This document shows, one piece after another, positions 34,736 to 45,772 of a stretch of DNA of 64,000 nt. The translations under genes and the position numbers were made by a program. Location: positions 1,248,001 through 1,312,000 of the forward strand of contig OZ242041.1 of the NCBI GenBank assembly GCA_965205215.1, written 5' to 3'. This DNA comes from Nitrosopumilus sp. GTDB lineage: Archaea > Thermoproteota > Nitrososphaeria > Nitrososphaerales > Nitrosopumilaceae. The notes below the pieces were generated by a model. That model made no database searches. It saw only the letters and a program-made list of their open reading frames with translations, and was not told where the DNA came from. The stretch's first letter is position 1. The number at the start of each line of letters is the position of its first letter.

Positions 34736-36916
34736 ATGGGGCGCGCAAGAACCGTTGCAGCAGACGTGTCGGCAGCTGCCGCCACTACCGCCACGGGCAC
34801 GTCGTTCTCCCCCCTGTATGATCACGCCCCCGAATTCGAGCTGGTCTCCCCGTTCGAGCCCACCGGGGACCAGCCGCAGGCCGTGTCGGCGCTGGCATCC
34901 GGCGTGCGGGATAACAAGAGGCAGACCCTTCTCGGCGTGACGGGCTCCGGCAAGACGTTTACCGTGGCAAACGTGATTGCCAAGTGCGGCAAGAACACGC
35001 TTGTGATATCGCACAACAAGACGCTTGCGGCCCAGCTGTATTCTGAGCTAAAGCAGTTCTTTCCGCGCAACAACGTGGGCTACTTTGTGTCATACTACGA
35101 CTACTACCAGCCTGAGAGCTACATACCGCAGACTGACACGTACATCGAAAAGGACACGCAGGTCAACGAGAAGATCGAAAAGATGCGCCTGGAGGCCACC
35201 GCGATGCTGCTCTCCGGCGAGCCGACCATAATCGTCGCCACGGTGTCGTGCATATACTCCCTTGGAAACCCCCGGGACTGGGACAACCTGGCCCTGCGCG
35301 TACGCCGCGGCGACCAGCTGGGGCGCGGCGCGCTGATCCAGAGGCTCGTCGACGCGCGCTACGAGCGCAACGACACGGAGGTCGCGCCCGGAAACTTTAG
35401 GGTCCGCGGCGACACGCTTGAGATCACGCCCGCGTACTCCGAGGACCTGGTGCGCATATCCATGTTCGGGGACGAGATAGAGCGGGTGTCGATACTTGAC
35501 AAGGTGTCGCGCGACGTGGTGCGGGACCTGCCGGAGCTCCGCATATTTCCGGCAAAGCACTACCTTATCGCAAGCGACGTGCGGGCAAACGCAATCCTGT
35601 CGATTAGGGAAGAGCTTGCCGGCAGGCTGCCCGAGCTTGCGGAGCTCGAGCGGCAGCGGCTGGAGTCCCGCACGACGTATGACCTCGAGATGATCGAGGA
35701 GCTCGGATACTGCTCCGGCATAGAGAACTACTCGAGGCACTTTGACGGCCGCAGGCCGGGCCAGCAGGCGTTCTGCCTGATGGACTTTTTTGACGAGGAC
35801 TTTCTGCTGGTCATAGACGAGTCGCACGTGACGCTGCCGCAGCTGCACGGCATGTACAAGGGGGACCACTCGCGCAAGCGCGAGCTGGTGACGCACGGGT
35901 TCAGGCTGGCCAGCGCGTACGACAACAGGCCGCTGAGGTTCGAAGAATTCGAGGAGTACGTGATGAGGCACCCGACTATATTCGTGTCCGCCACACCGGC
36001 CGCGTACGAGCGCGAGGTCTCCTCGGGGGTGGCCGAGCAACTCGTGCGGCCCACGGGGCTGCTTGACCCCCGCGTGGAGCTGCGGCCCACGCAGGGGCAG
36101 ATGGACGACCTGATATCAGAGATAGGCGACAGGGCCGGGCGCGGCGAGCGAGTGCTTGTGACCACGCTTACAAAGAGGATGGCCGAGGATCTGGCCGAGT
36201 ACCTGTCGCGCAGGGACGTGCGCGTACGGTACCTGCACTCTGAGATAGAGGGGCTGCAGCGCACGGAGCTGATACGGCAGCTGCGGCTGGGCGAGTTTGA
36301 CGTGCTTGTCGGGATAAACCTGCTGCGGGAGGGGCTTGACATACCCGAGGTCTCGCTTGTGGCCATACTTGACGCGGACAAGGAGGGATTTTTGCGCAAT
36401 ACCACGAGCCTCATACAGACGTTTGGCAGGGCGGCGCGCAACGCAAACGGCTCCGTTATAATGTACGCGGACACCGTGACCGACTCGATGAGGGCCGCCA
36501 TGGACGAGACTGAGCGCCGCCGTCGGAGGCAGTCCGAGTACAACGAGCGGCACGGGCTCGTGCCGAGAACCATAACCAAGGCAATCCCCGCGGGCGCCGA
36601 GGACTCGGGCAGGTTTGACGACTCGAAGACAAAGTCCGTACACGACATACACAAGGAGCTTGCAGACCTCGGGGCCAAGATGGAGCGGTATTCGCACGAT
36701 CTTGACTTTGAGCAGGCCATAAAGTGCAGGGATACAATAAAAAGACTGACGGAGGAGCTCGAGTCAAGAAATGGTGAAAAGGGTGGCGGGGGCCGCGGAC
36801 GGCAGAAAAAGAGGACTCGCGCTGGCAAGAAAAAGGACGGCGGGGGCCGCGGCAAGGACCGCAACGGTCGCGACGACACCGGCGGCGATGGCAGCATCAA
36901 AAAAGGGCGCCCGTAA
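34736..36916 (+). CDS. uvrB: Excinuclease ABC subunit B
   Basis: PTGDQP, GVTGSGKT, YYDYYQPE, DESH, GINLLREGLD, GRAARN. Confidence 0.97.
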   Translation: MGRARTVAADVSAAAATTATGTSFSPLYDHAPEFELVSPFEPTGDQPQAVSALASGVRDNKRQTLLGVTGSGKTFTVANVIAKCGKNTLVISHNKTLAAQLYSELKQFFPRNNVGYFVSYYDYYQPESYIPQTDTYIEKDTQVNEKIEKMRLEATAMLLSGEPTIIVATVSCIYSLGNPRDWDNLALRVRRGDQLGRGALIQRLVDARYERNDTEVAPGNFRVRGDTLEITPAYSEDLVRISMFGDEIERVSILDKVSRDVVRDLPELRIFPAKHYLIASDVRANAILSIREELAGRLPELAELERQRLESRTTYDLEMIEELGYCSGIENYSRHFDGRRPGQQAFCLMDFFDEDFLLVIDESHVTLPQLHGMYKGDHSRKRELVTHGFRLASAYDNRPLRFEEFEEYVMRHPTIFVSATPAAYEREVSSGVAEQLVRPTGLLDPRVELRPTQGQMDDLISEIGDRAGRGERVLVTTLTKRMAEDLAEYLSRRDVRVRYLHSEIEGLQRTELIRQLRLGEFDVLVGINLLREGLDIPEVSLVAILDADKEGFLRNTTSLIQTFGRAARNANGSVIMYADTVTDSMRAAMDETERRRRRQSEYNERHGLVPRTITKAIPAGAEDSGRFDDSKTKSVHDIHKELADLGAKMERYSHDLDFEQAIKCRDTIKRLTEELESRNGEKGGGGRGRQKKRTRAGKKKDGGGRGKDRNGRDDTGGDGSIKKGRP

Positions 36917-37007
36917 CGGCTCCGCGAGAACTAGGCCCCTGGGTTCTGTATCCCTTTCCTCCTCTTCCTCCTCTTCCCACTCGCCCCGTCACCCGTACGG
37001 TTATGAC

Positions 37008-39980
37008 ATGGCATCCGACGGGATCGACCCTGCGCAGTATGCCGGAAGGCTCACCGTGCGGGGAGCCCGGCACCACAACCTCAAGAACATCACTGCAAGC
37101 ATGCCGAAGAACAGCCTGGTGGTGATAAGCGGCCTGTCCGGCTCCGGCAAGTCGTCGCTTGCGTTTGACACCATATACGCGGAGGGGCAGAGACGGTACG
37201 TCGAGTCGCTCTCCGCGTACGCGAGGCAGTTTCTGGAGATGATGGAAAAGCCAGAGGTGGACTACATCGAGGGGCTGTCCCCCGCAATCTCCATACAGCA
37301 GAAGACCACTGCAAAAAACCCGAGGTCCACTGTGGGAACCACCACCGAGGTATACGACTATCTGAGGCTACTGTACGCGCGCATCGGCGTGCCGCACTGC
37401 ACGGGGTGCGGGAGGAAGATATCGACGCAGTCCCTTGACGCCATATGCGATTCCGTGCTCCGGATGTACGAGGGGCGGCCGGTTCTGGTACTGGCGCCCG
37501 TAATACAGCGCAAGAAGGGCACGCACGAAAAGGTGTTTGATGATGCGAGGCGCGACGGCTTTTCGCGCGTCCGGGTCAACGGCGAGATGGCATCGCTTCT
37601 GGGTGGCGGCGGCGGGCGCCTCCCGGTGCTTGACAAGAAAAAGTGGCACGACATAGAGATCGTGGTGGACCGCATAACGCCCACCGTGCAGGAGCGCTCC
37701 CGGCTCTTTGAGTCCGTACAGTCTGCGATAAAGGCGTCAAAGGGCACGGTTGTAATATCCGTCGCGTCATCGCGCGGTGCGGGCAGCAGCAGCAACAGCG
37801 GCAGCAGCAAGAACATCCGCACCCGCGGCCGCGCCAAGGATTCTTTGAAGGACGCGGTATTCTCCCAAAAGAATGCGTGCCCGCACTGCGGGCTGAGCGT
37901 AGGCGAGATGGAGCCGCGCAACTTTTCGTTCAACTCGCCCTTTGGCATGTGCGACGAGTGCCACGGGCTGGGCGTCAACCTGCAGTTTGACGAGGATCTC
38001 GTGATTCCAGACCGGTCCATGTGCCTGCTCGAGTACCCGATCGTACCGTGGCGTAGCCAGTACTCTGCATACAAGACTGACAAGCTGATCGAGGTCGCGG
38101 AATACTTTGGGATCGACCTGACCACCCCGCTTGGGAACCTGGGCAAAAAGGAGATGCAGCTCCTGCTGTGGGGGGCCCCTGAGACCGGCCTGAGGCGGGA
38201 GAAGATGTCCACCCTGAAGGATCCCGATACGTACAGCGGGGTGATGAACGACATGTACTACATGCTTGAGAATACCACGTCAGACTCGAAGAGGGACTGG
38301 CTTCGAAAGTTCATGCGCGACATACCGTGCGGCAGGTGCGGGGGCAAGAAGCTCCGGCCCGAATCGCTTGCAGTCAGGGTGGGCGGCAGGGGGATAATGG
38401 AGGTGTGCGACATGTCAATAGAGTCGTGCCACGAGTTCTTCTCCGATCTGCGGCTCTCGGACATGGAGGCGTACATTGCGCGCGACATACTAAAGGAGAT
38501 CACGGAGCGGCTGGAGTTTCTGATGAACGTCGGGCTCACCTACCTGACCCTTGACAGGCGGAGCTCCACCCTGTCCGGCGGCGAGTCGCAGCGCATCAGG
38601 CTTGCGACCCAGATAGGCTCCAACCTGACCGGCGTCCTGTACGTGCTCGACGAGCCCACCATCGGGCTGCACCAGCGGGACAACGAGCGGCTCATCCGCA
38701 CGCTCACAAAGCTGCGCAATCTGGGAAACACGGTGATAATAGTAGAGCATGACGAGGAGGTCATACGCAGCTCCGACTATATCGTGGACCTGGGGCCCGG
38801 GGCCGGGATACACGGGGGGCACGTCGTGTTTGAGGGTACGGTCCAAGAGATGCTGGCCGACAGCCGGTCGCACACAAGCGCGTACCTGCGGGGGGAGATG
38901 ACCGTATCGACTGAGGCGCGCAGCGCAGACCCCGAAGGCGACGGCCGCCGCCACAGCCGCGCCGTCGTGATCCGGGGCGCCTCTGAGCACAACCTAAAGG
39001 GCATAGACGTGGAGATTCCGCTCGGGCGGTTCGTCTGCGTGACCGGCGTGTCCGGCTCCGGCAAGTCGACCTTGGTCACGGAGGTCCTCTACAAGGGGCT
39101 TATGGCGCAAATGTACCAATCCACCGCCAGGGCGGGCGCGCACAAGAGGATAGACGGCATGCAGCATGTCGACAAGGTGATAGAGATAGACCAGTCCCCC
39201 ATAGGAAGGACGCCGCGCTCGAACCCGGCCACGTACATAGACGTGTTCACCCCCGTGCGCGTCATATTCGCCTCGACCCCACTTGCGCGCACGCGTGGCT
39301 ACGAGCCGGGCCAGTTCTCATTCAACGTCAAGGTGGGCCGGTGCTTTGCGTGCGAGGGGGCGGGCGTAAAGCAGATCGAGATGCAGTTTCTCTCCGACGT
39401 GCAGGTCACGTGCGACGAGTGCGGCGGCAAGCGGTACAATTCTGAGACGCTTGCAGTCACGTACAAGGGAAAGAACATCACGGAGGTCCTTGACATGTCG
39501 ATAGACGAGGCGCTCGAGTTCTTTGCAAACGTCCCCGCGGTGCGCTCAAAGCTGCAGACCATGGCCGACGTGGGACTCGGGTACATCAAGCTGGGGCAGC
39601 CCTCCACCACCCTGTCGGGCGGGGAGGCGCAGAGGGTAAAGCTTGCATCCGAGCTGTCCCGCCCCAGCACGGGCAGGACCATGTACATACTCGACGAGCC
39701 CACCACCGGGCTGCACTTTGCAGACGTGCAAAAGCTGCTTGACGTACTTGACCGGCTTGTCAGGATGGGAAACACCGTGGTGGTCATAGAGCACAACATG
39801 GACGTGATCAGGAACTCGGACTGGATAATAGATCTGGGTCCCGAGGGCGGCGAGGCGGGCGGCCAGATAGTGTGCACGGGGACGCCCGAGCAGGTGGCCG
39901 AGGTGCCGGAGAGCCACACGGGGCGGTACCTGCTCCGGGCGCTTGCCGCAAAAAGGCGCGGCAGGGCAGACAAGCAGTGA
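37008..39980 (+). CDS. uvrA: Excinuclease ABC subunit A (start uncertain, 36888 or 37008)
   Basis: GLSGSGKSS, two LSGGE signatures, zinc fingers, [14 protein letters not shown]. Confidence 0.97.
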   Translation: MASDGIDPAQYAGRLTVRGARHHNLKNITASMPKNSLVVISGLSGSGKSSLAFDTIYAEGQRRYVESLSAYARQFLEMMEKPEVDYIEGLSPAISIQQKTTAKNPRSTVGTTTEVYDYLRLLYARIGVPHCTGCGRKISTQSLDAICDSVLRMYEGRPVLVLAPVIQRKKGTHEKVFDDARRDGFSRVRVNGEMASLLGGGGGRLPVLDKKKWHDIEIVVDRITPTVQERSRLFESVQSAIKASKGTVVISVASSRGAGSSSNSGSSKNIRTRGRAKDSLKDAVFSQKNACPHCGLSVGEMEPRNFSFNSPFGMCDECHGLGVNLQFDEDLVIPDRSMCLLEYPIVPWRSQYSAYKTDKLIEVAEYFGIDLTTPLGNLGKKEMQLLLWGAPETGLRREKMSTLKDPDTYSGVMNDMYYMLENTTSDSKRDWLRKFMRDIPCGRCGGKKLRPESLAVRVGGRGIMEVCDMSIESCHEFFSDLRLSDMEAYIARDILKEITERLEFLMNVGLTYLTLDRRSSTLSGGESQRIRLATQIGSNLTGVLYVLDEPTIGLHQRDNERLIRTLTKLRNLGNTVIIVEHDEEVIRSSDYIVDLGPGAGIHGGHVVFEGTVQEMLADSRSHTSAYLRGEMTVSTEARSADPEGDGRRHSRAVVIRGASEHNLKGIDVEIPLGRFVCVTGVSGSGKSTLVTEVLYKGLMAQMYQSTARAGAHKRIDGMQHVDKVIEIDQSPIGRTPRSNPATYIDVFTPVRVIFASTPLARTRGYEPGQFSFNVKVGRCFACEGAGVKQIEMQFLSDVQVTCDECGGKRYNSETLAVTYKGKNITEVLDMSIDEALEFFANVPAVRSKLQTMADVGLGYIKLGQPSTTLSGGEAQRVKLASELSRPSTGRTMYILDEPTTGLHFADVQKLLDVLDRLVRMGNTVVVIEHNMDVIRNSDWIIDLGPEGGEAGGQIVCTGTPEQVAEVPESHTGRYLLRALAAKRRGRADKQ

Positions 39981-40014
39981 TATTTGACATGGTTCTTGCA
40001 GTGACTGTTTTGAA

Positions 40015-41865
40015 ATGACGCCTGCTGACACCGCTGCCGCCGCCGCTGCTAACGCGCCGCAGCCCTCACCACCACCACCACCACCCACACCGCAGCGGCC
40101 GTTTGACATGCAGCCTTCTGCGATACCCGACAGCCCCGGGGTCTACATAATGAAGGACGTCAAGGGGCGCATAATCTACATCGGCAAGGCAAAGAGCCTG
40201 CGCAAGCGCGTAAGGTCGTACTTTGGCAACAAGACGCACGATAACTACAAGACGCAGAGGCTGGTGGAGCTGGTGGCCGGCGTGGAGTTTGTGGTAACCG
40301 ACACGGAGGGCGAGGCCTTCCTGCTCGAGTCCAACATGATAAAGCGGCACCGGCCGCGCTTTAACATCGAGCTCAAGGACCAGCAGCGCTACACGTACCT
40401 GCGGATATCCGATGAAAAGTACCCGCGGCTGCTGGTGTCCAGGCGGACCCGGGACGGGCGCTTTCTTGGCAAGGGGCAGACCTTTGGGCCGTTTGTGCAG
40501 GGGAGCTCCAAGATACTCACAGTCGGGGCGCTGAGAAAGGCGTTTCAGATACGCATCTGCAAGACGCTCCCAAAAAAGGTCTGCCTGGAGTACCACCTTG
40601 GAAACTGCGAGGGGCCCTGCGAGTTCGAGTCGGCCCAGAAGAGGTACCAGGGTCACGTCGACGCCCTCAGGGACGTCCTTGCGGGATCCGACCAGCTAAA
40701 GATTTTCTCTGAAAAGCTGAGGCTGCAGATGAAAGAGGCTGCCGACGCGAGGCACTTTGAGCGCGCAATCGAGATACGGGACACGCTTGTCCGCCTTGAC
40801 GGGCTGAACTCGGGCCAGAAGATGGAGCGCGTGAAGAGCTCCGACGAGGAATACTTTGGCATCGCAGTACGCGACCACACGGCCGTGGTCATGACGTTCC
40901 GCATGATTCACGGGGTGATTCGGGACAGCGACAAGTTCGTGTTTGACGCGATGGCCGACAACACGTTTGCCGGGTTCCTGTACCAGTATTATACGACTAG
41001 GCGCATACCGCACCACATCGTACTGAGCGAGATGCCGCAGGACGCGGAACTCTTGGAGTCCCTGCTCTCTGAGCGCGCAGGCCACGCGGTGGACATGTCG
41101 GTGCCTCAGAGGGGCAGGCGCAAGGAGATGATTGACCTGATACTAAGAAACGTAGCGATAGTGCATGAAAGCGGCGCCGGCGATTATGGCGAGGCCGGCG
41201 ACTCTCTTGGCGCCGTGGACGGCCGTATTGGGAGCGGCCGCTTCCCCACATCTGCAGAGTCTCCCGGACTCTTGCAGCTGCAGGGCGCGCTCGGGCTCGC
41301 GCGCATCCCGCACGTAATAGAGTGCTTTGACGTTTCAAACCACGGCGAGGCGTTTGCGGTGGGCTCGATGTCGCGGTTTGTGGGGGGCGTTCCTGACAAG
41401 TCGGGGTACCGCAGGTTCAGGATAAAGACCGTGGACGGCCGTGACGACTATGCGATGATATCTGAGATTGTCCACAGGAGGTATCGCCGCATCCTGGACG
41501 GGAGGGCGGGTAGCCGCGGCGGCAGCGGCCGCGGCGATGCTGATGACAATGATGTTGCCCCTGCCGCCGACCCCGGCACGGACAAAAAGACCGCAGAGCT
41601 TCCAGACTTGGTGGTAATTGATGGCGGCAAGGGACAGCTTGGCGCCGCGCTAAAGTCGCTTTTCAAGCTGGGGCTGCACGACCTGCCCTGCGTCTCGCTT
41701 GCAAAGGAGAACGAGGAGGTGTACGTGCCTGGGCGCAGCGACCCGGTCGTGATCCCGAGAAGCGACCGGTCACTTAAGATACTGCAGCATGCCCGGGACG
41801 AGTCGCACAGGTTCGGCGTGTCGTACAACCGCGCCCTCCAGAAAAAGATGATGCAGAACCGGTAA
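40015..41865 (+). CDS. uvrC: Excinuclease ABC subunit C
   Basis: PGVY..YIGKAKSLRKRV GIY-YIG domain, ECFDVS, DDY, IDGGKGQL, RDESHRF. No C-terminal HhH visible. Confidence 0.95.
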   Translation: MTPADTAAAAAANAPQPSPPPPPPTPQRPFDMQPSAIPDSPGVYIMKDVKGRIIYIGKAKSLRKRVRSYFGNKTHDNYKTQRLVELVAGVEFVVTDTEGEAFLLESNMIKRHRPRFNIELKDQQRYTYLRISDEKYPRLLVSRRTRDGRFLGKGQTFGPFVQGSSKILTVGALRKAFQIRICKTLPKKVCLEYHLGNCEGPCEFESAQKRYQGHVDALRDVLAGSDQLKIFSEKLRLQMKEAADARHFERAIEIRDTLVRLDGLNSGQKMERVKSSDEEYFGIAVRDHTAVVMTFRMIHGVIRDSDKFVFDAMADNTFAGFLYQYYTTRRIPHHIVLSEMPQDAELLESLLSERAGHAVDMSVPQRGRRKEMIDLILRNVAIVHESGAGDYGEAGDSLGAVDGRIGSGRFPTSAESPGLLQLQGALGLARIPHVIECFDVSNHGEAFAVGSMSRFVGGVPDKSGYRRFRIKTVDGRDDYAMISEIVHRRYRRILDGRAGSRGGSGRGDADDNDVAPAADPGTDKKTAELPDLVVIDGGKGQLGAALKSLFKLGLHDLPCVSLAKENEEVYVPGRSDPVVIPRSDRSLKILQHARDESHRFGVSYNRALQKKMMQNR

Positions 41866-42265
41866 CTGGGGTCCCGTCACCTGCCCGAGTTGGGAATTCA
41901 CTTGCGGGATGGCACTCGCGCCCTGCCCCACGTCCACCTGATTCCCGTACCGTCTATCTGTCCTGCGGCGCATTGCCTGCGCCCCTGGTGGTTCCGCGGA
42001 TCCTGGCCGTGCGTGCTGCGCGGCGTCCTCTGGCGGGGGACTTGGCGTCTACGGGGCCGAATCTGTCGAACTCTGTCTTTTTTATGCGTGCCTGGAACGG
42101 TGCGGGGTGCAGGAAGTACTGCGTTTGCCGGCATGCTGCCCGCGGGTTTTTGCCTGATGCCGTACACTGAAGCATGGCTGATCTTGGCGTAAATTCCGCG
42201 TGGTTGGCATATGCACGGGCTGCGCACGGCGCGCACCGCCGGTTAAAAAACAAAAATAAAAAATC

Positions 42266-43315
42266 CTAGTTTACAGTTACCGTGCCTTCCATCCATGGAT
42301 GGACCATGCAAAAGTACTCGATGGTGCCTGCCTCTTCAAACGTATACTCGAAGCCGGCGCCGACCATGACCAGACTGCTGTCAAAGATGCCTGTAGGTCC
42401 GTCCGTTGCACTGCCGCTGGTTATGGTGTGCGCCGCCGTGTCGGAATTGATCCATGATACTGTGTCTCCTACGTTGATTACAACATCTGCTGGTACGAAG
42501 CATGCGTCGTCTACCTCACATCCCGGCAATGCCGTTCCTTCTGGCATGTCGACTGTGACTGTCTGGGGTCCTGCCATGGTATCCTCTTTCTCAGCTGGCT
42601 CTGCATCCTTGTCCTCTTTTGCCATGCCGTCTCCATATTCAGAGTCGCCATCCTTTTCCTTCATTGCATCCTTGTCCTCTTTTGCCATGCCGTCTCCATA
42701 TTCAGAGTCGCCATCCTTTTCCTTCATTGCATCCCTTTCTTTGTCCTTCATCATTTCTGACTTTTCCATCACACTGTAGTCGTCTGTCTCTTCGCCGTCT
42801 ACAAGTATGAGATCGACTACTTCAATGCCTTCTTTTGACTTGATGAGTGTCAGCTTTCCGTCCTCTGCTGCGTCGATTGCGATGACCACCGAGTTGTCCT
42901 CCATGTTGACGCTGGCGTCAGTTACCATTCCTCCCTTGATGTAGTACGGGACGCAATAGCCGCTGATTCCGAGCTTGTTTTCTGGACATTCGGTCTCTTC
43001 GTCGCTTAGCTCATACGATGGCGATATGAGTATCTCGATCGTCTCTGCTCCTGCTCCAAATTGGATGGTAAGCGCCATCTTGTCCTCCATTGTCGTCTCT
43101 TTGTCCTTGTCCATCACCTCTGGCTCCGGTTCCATCACCTCTGGCTCCGGTTCCATCACCTCTGGCTCAGGCTCCATGACTGGTGCCGGTCTCTCAACTG
43201 GTGCAACAGGTGCAAGCGTATTGCTCTGCGTCGCCTCTCCGGCCATTGCAAAGGCCACGCCTATCGCCACAATTGCAATTGAGAATCCTATTGCTGCCTT
43301 GTCAATTGCTGCCAT
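42266..43315 (-). CDS. Membrane-anchored blue (type 1) copper protein, plastocyanin/azurin family
   Basis: N-terminal hydrophobic helix; C-terminal WINSDTAAHT...YFCMVHPWM. Confidence 0.9.
   Translation of the reverse strand: MAAIDKAAIGFSIAIVAIGVAFAMAGEATQSNTLAPVAPVERPAPVMEPEPEVMEPEPEVMEPEPEVMDKDKETTMEDKMALTIQFGAGAETIEILISPSYELSDEETECPENKLGISGYCVPYYIKGGMVTDASVNMEDNSVVIAIDAAEDGKLTLIKSKEGIEVVDLILVDGEETDDYSVMEKSEMMKDKERDAMKEKDGDSEYGDGMAKEDKDAMKEKDGDSEYGDGMAKEDKDAEPAEKEDTMAGPQTVTVDMPEGTALPGCEVDDACFVPADVVINVGDTVSWINSDTAAHTITSGSATDGPTGIFDSSLVMVGAGFEYTFEEAGTIEYFCMVHPWMEGTVTVN
42602..42734. repeat. 63-bp coding tandem duplication (DAMKEKDGDSEYGDGMAKEDK x2)
   Basis: Identical units start at 42602 and 42665. 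Confidence 0.9.
43110..43177. repeat. 21-bp coding tandem repeat x3 (EPEPEVM)
   Basis: ccatcacctctggctccggtt units read directly. Confidence 0.9.
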
Positions 43316-43751
43316 AATTACCCTGTGTATCTCTTCATACTAAATAAACGTTCTAAACCTGATTCCCTGGTACATGCATGAAGGCCGCGCGGCAGCTGGC
43401 AACGCGCTGTACCGCCTGCCCTTGCTGTCTCCGACATGTCTGCGCTTGGGCTTGGTCCGCCTTCCTTGGCACTTGCATGCGGCAATTCTCCCCTTCTGTC
43501 TTCGTCATCCTGATGTGCACTTGCTGGCAGAAGGGTTGGGGAGGAGAAGGGTTGGGGGGGGGGGGAGGAGACGACAGGGGAGAACAGTGGTGACAGACGC
43601 GGGACTGCACGTCCTGCGATGACTCGCGCCTCGCTGCGCCATCGCCTACCTCGTAGCGGCCGTGCTTCCCCCTCCCCCCGCTTGTAACCTGCGATCAGCT
43701 CTTGTCAAAAAAATAAACTGCTTTTGTTTACATATTTTGAATGCATGCCTT

Positions 43752-43982
43752 ATGGACTCTTTTTTTACATCTGGAGTCATGAGCGACTCCTTCTTTACGA
43801 GTGTGATGGACGAGCTGGTCCAGACTGCCGACGACGATCCCGAACTGGCCGATGGACTCAGGTGGCTTGATGACCAGGCCCAGAGGCGCGGCATCTCGTT
43901 TTACGACATGGCCTTTGAGGTCTTGTACCGTCGCGAACATTCCATGTCCGATCACAGGGCGTGGCTTGACAGCCGCAACTAG
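43752..43982 (+). CDS. Small hypothetical protein
   Basis: DDDPELADGLRWLDDQAQRRGISFYDM; protein-like composition, AT-rich upstream region. Confidence 0.65.
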   Translation: MDSFFTSGVMSDSFFTSVMDELVQTADDDPELADGLRWLDDQAQRRGISFYDMAFEVLYRREHSMSDHRAWLDSRN

Positions 43983-44122
43983 GATTCTGCATGCTCTGCG
44001 CATGATGGCGGGCGCTTGGACGTGGACCGCCTTGCATCCGAGTCTGTCTGGTGTATCGGCGCGCTGCCGCCGCCTCCTGCGTGCATCATAATTACTGCCG
44101 CAACCCTGATCTGCCGCGCCGG

Positions 44123-45286
44123 CTAGCTGCGCAGGTCGATGGTCTTGTACTCGCACCCCTCGGGGCCGCAGTACTTGCCCACGTAGACTGCCTTTGGCCT
44201 GTACAGCGCGGGCTTGGGCGCGGCCTCTGCGAACTTTTCCTCTATTATGTGGGCGGCCCACCCTACTGAGCGCGATATTGCAAATATCGGGGTGTTGAGG
44301 TCGACGGGTATGCCGAGCATATAGTATATCGACGCGCTGTACAGGTCGACGTTGGGGTAGATGTCTATGCCCTTCTTCGTCTTCATCTCGGACATGGTGG
44401 TGGTCTCCACCCCTTCTGTCATGTCAAACCATCTCTGGCCGGTCTTTGCTGCAAGCTGCCTTGACATCTCCTTTAGCACCTGGGCCCTGGGGTCAAACGT
44501 CTTGTACACTGCGTGGCCCATGCCCATTATCCTCTGGCCCTCCGACAGCCTCTCCTTTATCCACGTCTCTACGTTTTCCTGCTTGTCAATCTCAAGCAGC
44601 ATCTTCATCACCTCTGTGTTCGCACCCCCGTGCAGCTCGCCGCTCAGAGCCCCGATTGCGGCGCTTGAGGCCGAATACATGTGAGCCCTGGTGGAGGCGA
44701 CCTGCCTTGCCGTAAAGGTCGACGCGTTGAACGTGTGGTCCGCGTGCAGTATGAGGCACGTGTCAAATATCTTCTCGACCTCGGGATCCGGCCTGCGCCC
44801 TGACATCATGTATAGGAAGTTGCCAGCATGGGTCAGACTGGGGTCCGGATCTATCGTCTCCTCGCCGTTTCGGAGCCGCTGCCAGCTTGAGACTATGGTC
44901 GGCACCTTTGCGACGAGGTTGATCGCCCTGTCGTAGCTTGCCTCCTTTGTGGAGAACTCCTCGTCGTAGTACCCTGCCAGGGCCGCCACGAAGGCCTGCA
45001 GCATGTCCATGGGATCCGCGTCCTTCCTCCAGTTGGACATGTTCCGCTGCATCTGCCTTGGTATGCTACGCGCGTCTGACAGCTTTGACTTGAACTCGTT
45101 GAGCTGGTGCGTGGTCGGCAGGTGGTCGTAAATCAGTATGTACGCCGTCTCCTCGAACGTGGAGTACTTGGTGAGGTCGATTATGTCGTATCCCCGGTAT
45201 ATCAGCTTGCCCTTCTCGCCGTCGATGTTGGATATCCTGGTGTCCGCAACCTCTATCCCCCTCAGGCCTATATTCTTGGTCTTCAT
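44123..45286 (-). CDS. gltA: Citrate synthase
   Basis: GLRG, LHADH..NAST, LHGGAN, MGMGHAVYK..DPR, PNVDLYS. Confidence 0.95.
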   Translation of the reverse strand: MKTKNIGLRGIEVADTRISNIDGEKGKLIYRGYDIIDLTKYSTFEETAYILIYDHLPTTHQLNEFKSKLSDARSIPRQMQRNMSNWRKDADPMDMLQAFVAALAGYYDEEFSTKEASYDRAINLVAKVPTIVSSWQRLRNGEETIDPDPSLTHAGNFLYMMSGRRPDPEVEKIFDTCLILHADHTFNASTFTARQVASTRAHMYSASSAAIGALSGELHGGANTEVMKMLLEIDKQENVETWIKERLSEGQRIMGMGHAVYKTFDPRAQVLKEMSRQLAAKTGQRWFDMTEGVETTTMSEMKTKKGIDIYPNVDLYSASIYYMLGIPVDLNTPIFAISRSVGWAAHIIEEKFAEAAPKPALYRPKAVYVGKYCGPEGCEYKTIDLRS

Positions 45287-45415
45287 GCCACGCGTATGGG
45301 ACGGCGTCTATTTATTCTGTTTTGGAGCGTTTCGCCCACGACGCGCGGCTCTGCACCGCCGAGTTGTGTCAACAAACTTTAGCAAATGGCCTAATAGTTT
45401 AATCCTCTGCCATAA

Positions 45416-45661
45416 ATGCGCATAATGGAAGAATGCAACATGACCCCTGATGAGCGCAGAAGGCTTCAGGAGCTCGACGACATGGTGCTGGGAGCGTCAC
45501 CGGACGAGCTCCGGCGCATACAGCAAGTGGACTACCGCACGCAGGTGGACGGCCTGCCCTTTTACGACGTGTGCGTGGACTCGGCTGCCCTTGTAAGCGG
45601 CCGGTACGGGGGCAGTGACGGTTATGCCTGCCAGCGCCACGGGAGCCGCCGCCGGGAGTGA
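45416..45661 (+). CDS. Small hypothetical protein
   Basis: ELRRIQQVDYRTQVDGLPFYD; divergent from gltA. Confidence 0.55.
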   Translation: MRIMEECNMTPDERRRLQELDDMVLGASPDELRRIQQVDYRTQVDGLPFYDVCVDSAALVSGRYGGSDGYACQRHGSRRRE

Positions 45662-45772
45662 CGCTTCTTGCTTGTGCGCGGGAGCCGCCGGCGGTTGCAT
45701 TTTGGCTGACTTGTGGTTTTTTCGCACATCCTGATTCTCCATTTAAATTGAGGCGCCCTCGTGCGGTTTTGT

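Noticed and set aside
41890-42192. HIT-like PHVHLIP motif in an intergenic ORF
   Set aside because: Only a partial motif; the rest of the ORF is not protein-like.
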